Source of the DNA: an uncultured Bacteroidales bacterium
Lineage (GTDB): Bacteria > Bacteroidota > Bacteroidia > Bacteroidales > ML635J-15
Length of the DNA stretch: 64,000 nucleotides
Reading direction: 5' to 3'
NCBI GenBank assembly: GCA_905234755.1
Contig: CAJOIT010000003.1
Location: 705,764 to 769,763, forward strand
In this document: positions 37,107 through 44,771 of the stretch, piece by piece
Numbering within the stretch: the stretch's first letter is position 1
Layout: every line of letters begins with the position of its first letter
Position numbers and translations under genes: made by a program
The notes under the pieces: model-generated
The model's input: only the letters and a program-made list of their open reading frames with translations
The model's database searches: none
What the model was told of the DNA's origin: nothing

Positions 37107-38200
37107 CTTTCCCATGCGATACCTATTTTTAATAAAACAGATGGTGCATACACTTTGTTTTTTATATCATACGAGGCTCCCGCACTTATACCGAGAAAGA
37201 ACAAGGGCCAAGAATCTACGATAAAGTTGTAACCAACATGAAAATGTAATCCATGACTATGTTCTACATTCTTCTGCCTTGCGTAAATTCTATAATCATG
37301 TCCATAAACTTTACCTACATCATAAACAGGCATATTAATTGTTCCATAGCCACAACCCATAAATAATCCTTCATATATATATAATTTTAAACCACCAGAA
37401 TAATGAAAAAAAAGTTTGCTTATTGTTTCATTAAAACTATAGTAATCTGAATAAAATTTAACATGTGTGAAATCCATTCCAAAATCCAAATATCCACCAA
37501 TACCAATAACACCACCGTATCGAAACTCTACGCCATCAGTCAAATTCCAAGGATAACCAGTTCCTGCAATGTTCCATGCAACATAATTGCGATCACCCCA
37601 GGAGAGATTATCTCTAATTTGTTTTTTTCGTTTTGCCTTTGCAGCCTGTTTTTCTTTGAGAGCTTGAAGCCTAGCCTCCTGCTCCTGCCTTTTTCTGTCT
37701 TCTTCAATCTTGTCTTTATACTCCTCCTTCATAATCTCACGCAATTCTTTTGCCTTACTGAAATCATAACAATCTCCCGCAAATTGCCTGAATTTGGGTT
37801 CAATATTTCCACTGATAGCCACTTGCAAGAGCTGATAATAATACCACTGCTCCCCATCACGTGACTTTTCAGAAAAATAGCAAACCTCTTTCATTGGTAT
37901 TTCATAATGGCTGGCAACAACGTTGAAATCTTGGTCGCTCGACTGAAACGCCTTGAAAATATCCATTGAATTGGATCCTACCCCGACTCGTGACTGCGCT
38001 TCCTTGACTGCCATTACAAACGCATCGGTACGAGCCTCTTTTTCTGTGTCGCCAACACCTTTGCTTACATAGTATTCGTAAGTATCATTCTCAGCCTGCG
38101 GCGGATTAAATGTCCAGTTCGGACGCATTGAAATATATGTTTGTGCAAATGCAACATTGCTAATCAATATGATTGCAAATAATTGAAATAACCTTTTCAT
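37103..38200 (-). CDS. Secreted protein: LPP20-like N-terminal domain + charged coiled coil + C-terminal small beta-barrel (outer-membrane type)
   Basis: 365 aa. Signal peptide MKRLFQLFAIILISNVAFAQ. The N-domain is paralogous to the product of 38204-38650. KE-rich helix (residues ~160-200). The C-terminal ~165 aa have alternating hydrophobic/aromatic strands ending in IGIAWER. Confidence 0.6.
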   Translation of the reverse strand: MKRLFQLFAIILISNVAFAQTYISMRPNWTFNPPQAENDTYEYYVSKGVGDTEKEARTDAFVMAVKEAQSRVGVGSNSMDIFKAFQSSDQDFNVVASHYEIPMKEVCYFSEKSRDGEQWYYYQLLQVAISGNIEPKFRQFAGDCYDFSKAKELREIMKEEYKDKIEEDRKRQEQEARLQALKEKQAAKAKRKKQIRDNLSWGDRNYVAWNIAGTGYPWNLTDGVEFRYGGVIGIGGYLDFGMDFTHVKFYSDYYSFNETISKLFFHYSGGLKLYIYEGLFMGCGYGTINMPVYDVGKVYGHDYRIYARQKNVEHSHGLHFHVGYNFIVDSWPLFFLGISAGASYDIKNKVYAPSVLLKIGIAWER

Positions 38201-38203
38201 AAA

Positions 38204-38650
38204 TCATTGACATTTAGTAAATTCTTCAAATTGTGGTTCTTTATTTCCAAATTTTGCGACCTGCCACAGAACATACAACCGAATCAAGTCTCCCATTGGA
38301 GTATGGTTCGCCTCCCAATAATCACACACTTTATTCATAGGTATACTTATAAAGTCTTGATTAACATTAACTCCTTCTGTTACTGAATTTTCAAGAGACT
38401 TGACATCATCTTGGAAATGCACCTCTACCCCCATTCTCCATTTTGCTTCCATCACGGCTTTTGCAAAAGCATTGGCGTATGCTTTGTCGTAAGAAACATC
38501 TTCAGCCATCGTAACACGATAGTAATAATTCTTGTCTGCTCCTGCACTCGGCAATTGTGTTACCCAATATGGAAGAACACGTCCAGTCTGTGCGTTTGCA
38601 GTAAGAATCAAGCAAAGGAATATAAAAAAAGAAAACAATCTTACTTTCAT
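38204..38650 (-). CDS. Small secreted protein, paralog of the N-terminal domain of the downstream gene
   Basis: The ORF is open to 38707. I prefer the ATG at 38650, which gives the signal MKVRLFSFFIFLCLILTANAQ. Pattern shared with 37103-38200: P.W..P.A...Y.Y.V...A..AF..AV.EA..R.GV....IPM..VC...Y.L.QVA..GN.EP.F..F..C. Confidence 0.6.
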   Translation of the reverse strand: MKVRLFSFFIFLCLILTANAQTGRVLPYWVTQLPSAGADKNYYYRVTMAEDVSYDKAYANAFAKAVMEAKWRMGVEVHFQDDVKSLENSVTEGVNVNQDFISIPMNKVCDYWEANHTPMGDLIRLYVLWQVAKFGNKEPQFEEFTKCQ

Positions 38651-38710
38651 AATATTAATCATTATGTTAGAGGGGAGCAAACAGACATAGCTCTGCTTGC
38701 TCCCCATAAA

Positions 38711-39514
38711 TTATTCTGATTTTTCCTCCAATGCTTTAAGTCTTTGTAAATCTGCCTGATTGGCTTCTTGCTTTTTACGGGATTGTTCATCCAACTCGGT
38801 TTGCAGCCTTTTCCTAAAAAGAGCCTTGTCAATATCCAATTCCCTTTCATCTTCAATTGCCTTGTCAATTTCATCAAGCACATCATTTGAGGCTACATAC
38901 AATGCTACATAACACCCATATCCTCCTTTCTTGTCCTGAATCCATTCACGACAAGCTGGTTTCATTAATTTGTTAATGGCTTTTTCACATACATTGATAC
39001 AAAGGCCTTCCAACTGAGCCTCTTGCAGACGAGTCAAACTTTTGGTGTCAGAATCTTTAGTATAATCTTCTATACCATTTTTGATTACACCCACCCAGCG
39101 GGTCATCAATTCTGCAATAGCATTACGGTTAGCATCCTTTAGTGCCAATTCTTGACGTTCCTTTCCTGTTGCCATTCCTTGTGCAGCCATCTGATTGGTC
39201 TTTTCTAATTCTAGAGCTTCTTTAGTACAAGGGATTAACAGTTTTTTTGCACCAGCTTCCAAAACTGCTTGATTATTAAGTTCCGACATTGCTATTTCCT
39301 GCTGTCTCTTAAGCAATTCCAACTCATTTTGGACTTTGATTAACTCTGCTTGCTCTTTCGCTTCTCGTATTTGTCTTTGTATATCAGATTCTTGTGGTTG
39401 TGTTGATGTTTGTGCTTGTGGTTGTTGTGCAACTATTGGTTGAGGCGACTTACAAGAAAATAGAACTGCAACTGCCATTAACATCATTACAGAAAACAAT
39501 ATTTTACTTTTCAT
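38711..39514 (-). CDS. Lipoprotein with coiled-coil flanks and central LPP20-like domain
   Basis: 267 aa. Lipobox VLFSC. Q/E-rich coiled coils at both ends. The central segment GMATGKERQELALKDANRNAIAELMTRWVGVIKNG resembles the LPP20 lipoprotein family. Confidence 0.55.
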   Translation of the reverse strand: MKSKILFSVMMLMAVAVLFSCKSPQPIVAQQPQAQTSTQPQESDIQRQIREAKEQAELIKVQNELELLKRQQEIAMSELNNQAVLEAGAKKLLIPCTKEALELEKTNQMAAQGMATGKERQELALKDANRNAIAELMTRWVGVIKNGIEDYTKDSDTKSLTRLQEAQLEGLCINVCEKAINKLMKPACREWIQDKKGGYGCYVALYVASNDVLDEIDKAIEDERELDIDKALFRKRLQTELDEQSRKKQEANQADLQRLKALEEKSE

Positions 39515-39637
39515 TTCAATTTTTGTCGGTTATATCCCATCGGCACATCGGTTTTTGTTCAAAATTTTATTTTTCCCCCTACTCGTTTGGCTTTTCGGGA
39601 ATTATCCGCCTGTGCCATTTCGTTGAAATACCCACAT

Positions 39638-39809
39638 AAAAAAAGCGTGGCACTTTAAGTCTTCATCGGATTCCTTGAGGTCTTGGACTACCTAATCTAC
39701 CCAACTACAACATTAAGTCCACGCATATAGCGCGGAATGCCATTGCCTTGCTCTGGGTAGATTTTGAAATTGTCCAAGTTTCAAGAAATCCAGATAAGCT
39801 ACTTAGCTT
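39638..39809 (-). ncRNA. Candidate structured cis-regulatory leader RNA, unclassified (copy 2 of 2)
   Basis: On the minus strand: P0 39809-39796; P1 39791-39772 with 39688-39668; P2 39762-39754 with 39703-39695; P3 hairpin 39735-39719. The alternative helix GCGUGGACUUAA (39724-13) / UUAAAGUGCCACGC (39658-45) is followed by U7 (39644-38). Strand assignment is tentative. Confidence 0.55.
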
Positions 39810-39946
39810 TTTCCTATTTTAAAATGTGTGTATCAAATTACACTTATGCTACATAGGCGAACCATTTATGTTGCAGGCACTATACTATGTTTGTCTGGCA
39901 ATTGGTGGCGACCTGCATTAACCGCACAAAGCCAAAATTTGAAGCA

Positions 39947-39954
39947 CAAATGTA
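39947..39954 (-). promoter_or_regulatory. Possible Bacteroidota -7 box (TAnnTTTG) for the leader and four-gene cassette
   Basis: The minus strand reads TACATTTG, with a TTTG (39978-75) 20 nt upstream. This would give a leader of about 425 nt. Confidence 0.4.
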
Positions 39955-39993
39955 ACAATATTGATTAGATTGTGCAAATATTTTTTTAGGGCT

Positions 39994-40069
39994 AACAGGC
40001 TTGAAGGCTAAAAGGCCGCTAGACTGTTCGTCTGTAAGCCTGTTCGTCTTTTTAGCCTTTTCTCAAGCC
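39994..40069. repeat. Hairpin element AACAGGCTT...AAGCCTGTT (copy B) with extended imperfect palindrome
   Basis: The 23-mer at 39994-40016 is identical to 35690-35712. 9-bp stem 39994-40002 / 40036-44. Alternative long pairing of 39998-40016 with 40046-40069. Confidence 0.7.
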
Positions 40070-40092
40070 AAATACAACTTATATTTTCTATT

Positions 40093-40137
40093 AATATTTA
40101 AGTTAATATCTTAAATTTTTAAAGAATATTTAAGATA
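40093..40137 (+). repeat. 45-nt direct repeat (copy 1) containing palindrome ATTTAAG-N7-CTTAAAT
   Basis: About 38/45 identical to 40271-40315, lying 178 bp upstream of it. Confidence 0.7.
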
Positions 40138-40246
40138 TAATCATACTAAATAGTATAATTATCAACAATTTAACTCAAAACAACACTAATATTAAATTCT
40201 ACTATTATTTTTAAAGAAAAATACTTGTAGTTAACGAAAAATAATA

Positions 40247-40254
40247 TACCTTTG
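40247..40254 (+). promoter_or_regulatory. Bacteroidota -7 promoter box (TAnnTTTG)
   Basis: TACCTTTG lies 51 nt upstream of the ATG at 40306. Confidence 0.5.
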
Positions 40255-40270
40255 CGGAAGATTTTCAACG

Positions 40271-40315
40271 AATATTTAAGTTAGTATCTTAAAATTTCAA
40301 GGAATATGTTAGATA
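40271..40315 (+). repeat. 45-nt direct repeat (copy 2) spanning the 5' UTR and start codon of the ATPase gene
   Basis: See 40093-40137. It contains the ATG at 40306, and the corresponding triplet in copy 1 is ATT. Confidence 0.7.
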
Positions 40316-41448
40316 GGTTTTACAAGATAAGCGAATATGTTGAGGACATGAGCGTATTTCTGTTCGGAGCAAGAAAGACAGGCAAATCCACCTTCCTACG
40401 AAAAACCTTTCCTAAGGCTTTGTATATAGACTTGCTTGATTCAGAACTCGGTGCACTATACAAACGCCGTCCATCATACCTTTACGAACAATTGGAAGAC
40501 AAATCGTCCGACACCATTGTAATAATAGACGAAATTCAGGAAGTACCGGAATTACTCAACGAAGTTCACCGCCTAATATTCAAGAACGACATCCGCTTTA
40601 TTCTCTGCGGAAGCAGTGCCCGCAAACTAAGGCGCAAAGGCTACAATACACTCGGAGGTCGCGCTTTCCCGTGCTACTTCTACCCTTTGGTCAGTTGTGA
40701 GATTCCTAATTTCGACTTACAAAAAGCACTAAACGACGGACTCATTCCTCAGCATTACCTAAGCAAGAACCCCAAGCGACTTCTCGCCGCCTATATCGAT
40801 GTATATCTTAAAGAAGAAATCAAAGCGGAAGCAATAGTCAGAAATCTTGACGGATTCCAGCGTTTTCTTGAAGTCGCCGCACTGACCAACGGTGAAATAG
40901 TAAACTTCACCAATATTGCCAGCGACTGCGGTGTAAAGTCGGTAACAGTAAAAGAATATTTTTCAATACTACAGGACACACTAATTGGCTATATGATACC
41001 TGCATATACAAAATCAATGAAGCGTAAACTTGTGCAGGCACCACGTTTCTATTATTTCGATGTCGGAGTTGCCAATTATCTGCTTAAACGCCAGACATTA
41101 ATACGCGGTTCTGCGGAATACGGACATGCCTTTGAGCATCTTGTAATCCAAGAACTTATTGCCTACATAGGATATACCAACTCTCAAGAAAAGCTCAGCT
41201 ACTGGCACACATACTCGGGACTGGAAGTTGACGCCATAATTGGAGACGCTCGCATAGCTATAGAAATCAAGTCTGTAGATGAAGTATTACCAAAACACCT
41301 AAAAGGGCTGAAAGCATTTCACGAAGAACATCCCGACTGCCAACTGATGTTTGTTTCGCACGACAGAATCAACCGCACATCTTCTGGCGTTAAGATTATC
41401 AACATCAACGACTTCCTCAAGGATCTTTGGGAAGGAAAAATATTCTAA
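40306..41448 (+). CDS. AAA_14/DUF4143-type ATPase
   Basis: 380 aa. Walker A GARKTGKST and Walker B VIIDEIQ. The C-terminal YWHTYSGLEVDAII...IEIKS is a nuclease-fold-like region typical of DUF4143 proteins. Confidence 0.8.
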   Translation: MLDRFYKISEYVEDMSVFLFGARKTGKSTFLRKTFPKALYIDLLDSELGALYKRRPSYLYEQLEDKSSDTIVIIDEIQEVPELLNEVHRLIFKNDIRFILCGSSARKLRRKGYNTLGGRAFPCYFYPLVSCEIPNFDLQKALNDGLIPQHYLSKNPKRLLAAYIDVYLKEEIKAEAIVRNLDGFQRFLEVAALTNGEIVNFTNIASDCGVKSVTVKEYFSILQDTLIGYMIPAYTKSMKRKLVQAPRFYYFDVGVANYLLKRQTLIRGSAEYGHAFEHLVIQELIAYIGYTNSQEKLSYWHTYSGLEVDAIIGDARIAIEIKSVDEVLPKHLKGLKAFHEEHPDCQLMFVSHDRINRTSSGVKIININDFLKDLWEGKIF

Positions 41449-41531
41449 TAGTCTAACAGTCTTGCGGTCTAACAGCCTGATAGTCTTCCCGACAGGTCTT
41501 CTGCAAGACTGATAGACAGGGATTCTGTTAG
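41449..41531. repeat. Intergenic short-word element (GTCTAACAG family) between convergent genes
   Basis: AGTCTAACAGTCTTGCGGTCTAACAGCC... The stem TAACAGTCTTGC (41454-65) / GCAAGACTGATA (41503-14) pairs at 11 of 12 positions. Confidence 0.6.
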
Positions 41532-42233
41532 CTACCCTTTTCTCAAATTTGCAATCGACAACATAACTCCCAGAACCACACCGAGCAAGGCTGCAAAAAG
41601 CACCTGCAAGTTGGCGGGAAGCAGGAAGGTTATCGTATGCGCCGGGAACCAGAACAGCGGTATGTACTTCTTGAAAACCAAGCTCCATTGCGCCTTCCAG
41701 TTCAGTCCGACGATAATCTGCTCCATCTTTATGGGACGGAAGAAACCACGGAGTGTTCCACCATTGTTAAGTATATGAGTATCAGTAATCTTATGCAAGG
41801 TCATAAATACCGGAGCGAAAATTGAGTTCATCGCCACACTTACGGCAAATGCAACGCCGACCTTTCCCCACGAGAATTCGCCAGCAAGCAGACCTGCCAT
41901 CGTGCCTTTTTCGCATCCACCGACAATGTCGAGAAATGTCGGTACGCCCGACTTGAAGATTATCATTGCCATGCAGATTCCCATACCGAGTATTCCCCAC
42001 ACAATTGCGCGTGGCAGTACGCCGAAACCTTTCTGGTTGTACACTCCTTTTGATATGCGCAAACCGAGCATCTCACCTACCGTCGCCAATATCGCGAACT
42101 TGAAGAAGCCCATTATGAACGGATGCGTAGCCGTCCAAAGGTTGAAATACTCGAGAAAGTGCGTCTGCGGAATGAAAAACGGTATCAGCACCACAATCAC
42201 ACAGATGATAAATATGAAATCTTGTTTTTTCAT
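41532..42233 (-). CDS. Hypothetical multi-pass membrane protein
   Basis: 233 aa with about 6 hydrophobic helices. No family recognised. Confidence 0.6.
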   Translation of the reverse strand: MKKQDFIFIICVIVVLIPFFIPQTHFLEYFNLWTATHPFIMGFFKFAILATVGEMLGLRISKGVYNQKGFGVLPRAIVWGILGMGICMAMIIFKSGVPTFLDIVGGCEKGTMAGLLAGEFSWGKVGVAFAVSVAMNSIFAPVFMTLHKITDTHILNNGGTLRGFFRPIKMEQIIVGLNWKAQWSLVFKKYIPLFWFPAHTITFLLPANLQVLFAALLGVVLGVMLSIANLRKG

Positions 42234-42267
42234 TATTTTGTTTTTATAAGTTATTCTTTATTAGCAT

Positions 42268-42432
42268 TATCCGTCATTCCGTAAAACAAAGCGAACAGGC
42301 GCAGGCACGAGCCTTGTGAGCCTGTTTGTACGGAATCTCCATTTTGTACCTATTTAGGAGATTCCGCACAATCGAACATTACAACGCTCCCCGTTCTGTA
42401 TCGCGTGTATGTTCTGATTTGCGGAATGACAA
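42268..42432. repeat. Nested palindromic element with four ATTCCG/CGGAAT segments
   Basis: Outer inverted repeat GTCATTCCGTAAA (42273-85) / TTTGCGGAATGAC (42418-30). Hairpin AACAGGC (42294-300) / GCCTGTT (42320-26). 10-bp hairpin CGGAATCTCC (42331-40) / GGAGATTCCG (42357-66). Confidence 0.7.
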
Positions 42433-42522
42433 GTTGTTTATTTTTTAATGTCATCCAATTTTTATCAAAAAAGCACAAGAACTTTCCAACGAAAGTCCCT
42501 GTGCCTATATGCCTTGAAAATA

Positions 42523-44595
42523 TTACTTTTCAATTCTGATACGAGCGTCAACGGCAACGACATTGCGCGGATTACCAAGCAATGGGTTCAAGTCCATCTC
42601 GGCAATTTCGGGAGCAGCCATTACCAATGCGCTTACGCGTGCAACCTGGTCGGCATAAATGTCAATATTAACAGGTTCCTGACCGCGAACACCCTGCAAA
42701 ATCTTGTAGCCACGCAACTTGGTGAGCATTTCCTTTGCTTCGGCAGCAGTAATCGGAGCAAGTGCGCTCTGTACATCCTTCAACACCTCGATGAAAATAC
42801 CACCAAGTCCGAAGAATACCTGATGTCCGAACTTCGGGTCGCGGATAGCACCTATATATACATCGGTACCATCAAGCATCGGGTACATTTCAACAGCGTA
42901 GGTATCCTGAATCTTAATAAGCCTGTCGAATTCCTTTGCAACGGTGTCCATATCCTTGACGCCAAGAACAACACCACCAACATCAGACTTATGCAACGGA
43001 CCTACAACCTTCATTACCAGCGGAACATCCTTGCTGCAACCTACTTCCTTTGCAAATGCCAAAGCATCTTCCTTCTTGTCAACTTCTACCGATTTCTTGC
43101 GGTTGATTCCTGCAGCATCGAGAAGCTCGTTGTAGTCGGCAATCTCCATATAACCGTTCTGTACACGGTCAATGGTCTTGCGAATGCGTGCTACATCAAT
43201 CTTCGGAAGCTCAACATTTTCTGGCTGTGGCTTTGGTGTATGGTAAATCTTGCACAATGCATTACCAAGCACGCATTCCTCCGGGAAGTTGATATGTCCC
43301 TTGGCAATGAAATCGTCAATATCGTCCTTAACATTTATAATCGATGGCAATACTGGGAAAATCGGCTTCTTGCAGGTCTTCATCTTTTCGCCAAGCAGGT
43401 CGTAAACCTCTCTGTTGCTGAACAATCCCGGTGAACCGAAAATGACAACCGAGAAATCAATGTCTTCATATTCGTTTTCAACAGTGTCGATGATATATCC
43501 CAATTGTTCTGCAGTACCAGTAGCAAGGAAGTCGATAGGATTACCAACCGATGAACCTCCGAAGAGCTTAGCAAGCAGAGGTGCACTAGCAGGATGATCC
43601 TTCAGAGGAGGAACTTCCATTCCACCATTCGACAAAACATCGGTAAGCATTACGGCAGGACCACCAGCGTGGGTGATAACAGCGCAACGGTTACCCTTAA
43701 TTTCAGGATGCATGAAAACAGCGCAAACTGTGGTCAGTTCCTGACGGTTGCTACAACGAACTATACCAGCCTTGCGGAAAAGAGCATCGACAGCGGCATC
43801 GTTTGTTGCCAAAGCGCCAGTGTGCGACGAAGCGGCACGACTACCAGCGGCAGAACCGCCCGACTTAATTGCAGCAATGTGGCATCCCTTGTTGATGAGC
43901 GAGCGTGAATGCTTGAGCATCTTCTGCGGGTCGCCAATCTTTTCCATATAGAGCATGATTACGCGCGAACTCTTAACTGGGTCGAAAGTATTGTCAAGGT
44001 GTTCGAGAACATCCTCGATACCAATCTGAGCCGAGTTTCCAACTGCCCATACGCTATTGAATTTCAAGCCATTGGAAATACCATATTCCTTAATGAACAC
44101 TGCAGTAGCACCAGAACCGGTAATGAAATCAACACCGTGAGGATCAAGTTGCGGGATTGGTGTATCGAAAGCACCGCAGTAGTTGCTGTTTAGGAAACCT
44201 GTGCAGTTAGGACCGATAAGGCTGCCGCCTACATTGTTGATATATTCAACAATCTGACGTTCAATCTTTGCGCCTTCTTCGTTCTCCTCGCCGAACCCAG
44301 CCGACAGAATGATGAAACCGCCGGTCTTCTTGGTGTTTGCAAGAACATCTACAGCATGAGCGCAGAACTTTGCAGCAATAGCAAGCACAGCGCAATCAAC
44401 TTCTGGCAAGTCTTCAACAGTGCGATAGCTCTTTATGCCTTGCACCTCGTCCATCTTGGGATTAACAACATATACCTGACCTTTGAAAGGACTTGAAAGC
44501 AAATTCTTCAGCACCTTTCCGCCGGGCTTATGAACATCGTCGGAACCACCAACGATTACAACACTTTTAGGATTTAATAGTTTATCGTTTATCAT
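42523..44595 (-). CDS. ADP-forming acyl-CoA synthetase (acetate--CoA ligase family, fused alpha-beta)
   Basis: 690 aa. N-terminal CoA-binding domain (SVVIVGGSDDVHKPGG), a succinyl-CoA-synthetase-like ligase domain, and a C-terminal ATP-grasp domain. Confidence 0.85.
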   Translation of the reverse strand: MINDKLLNPKSVVIVGGSDDVHKPGGKVLKNLLSSPFKGQVYVVNPKMDEVQGIKSYRTVEDLPEVDCAVLAIAAKFCAHAVDVLANTKKTGGFIILSAGFGEENEEGAKIERQIVEYINNVGGSLIGPNCTGFLNSNYCGAFDTPIPQLDPHGVDFITGSGATAVFIKEYGISNGLKFNSVWAVGNSAQIGIEDVLEHLDNTFDPVKSSRVIMLYMEKIGDPQKMLKHSRSLINKGCHIAAIKSGGSAAGSRAASSHTGALATNDAAVDALFRKAGIVRCSNRQELTTVCAVFMHPEIKGNRCAVITHAGGPAVMLTDVLSNGGMEVPPLKDHPASAPLLAKLFGGSSVGNPIDFLATGTAEQLGYIIDTVENEYEDIDFSVVIFGSPGLFSNREVYDLLGEKMKTCKKPIFPVLPSIINVKDDIDDFIAKGHINFPEECVLGNALCKIYHTPKPQPENVELPKIDVARIRKTIDRVQNGYMEIADYNELLDAAGINRKKSVEVDKKEDALAFAKEVGCSKDVPLVMKVVGPLHKSDVGGVVLGVKDMDTVAKEFDRLIKIQDTYAVEMYPMLDGTDVYIGAIRDPKFGHQVFFGLGGIFIEVLKDVQSALAPITAAEAKEMLTKLRGYKILQGVRGQEPVNIDIYADQVARVSALVMAAPEIAEMDLNPLLGNPRNVVAVDARIRIEK

Positions 44596-44623
44596 TTCGT
44601 TTAATTATTTTCTTTAATGCGTG

Positions 44624-44631
44624 CAAAGATA
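44624..44631 (-). promoter_or_regulatory. Bacteroidota -7 promoter box (TAnnTTTG)
   Basis: The minus strand reads TATCTTTG, 28 nt upstream of the ATG at 44595. Confidence 0.5.
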
Positions 44632-44771
44632 AGTTTTTATTATCAAACAAACAATCGAGATGCGGTAATATTATAAACAAATGCTACATAACATAAAAAG
44701 CAAAATGTCCTTATAAAAACCAGCACATAGAATTAGGGAAACATTATTTATAGCCGCATGTACGACCTATC

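Noticed and set aside
39868-39921. 17-codon hydrophobic mini-ORF (MLQALYYVCLAIGGDLH) on the plus strand inside the long leader region
   Set aside because: It is too short, has no ribosome-binding or promoter context, and lies on the strand opposite to the likely transcript. This cannot be distinguished from chance.
35690-40044. Autonomous mobile element (ICE, prophage or transposon) for the repeat-bracketed patch
   Set aside because: No integrase, transposase, relaxase or phage genes occur anywhere in the window. Only repeat bracketing and a TA remnant support an accessory origin, so I report it only as a possible recombination scar.
42448-43434. 328-aa plus-strand ORF
   Set aside because: It is entirely antisense to the well-supported acyl-CoA synthetase gene, with no motifs and a composition typical of a shadow ORF. 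I made the same judgement for the other long antisense ORFs, including 54461-55474, 55726-56727, 16440-17048, 28492-29259, 26239-26811, 26827-27438, 29669-30202, 33515-34075, 19637-20224, 44825-45499, 58989-59474 and 59523-60044.
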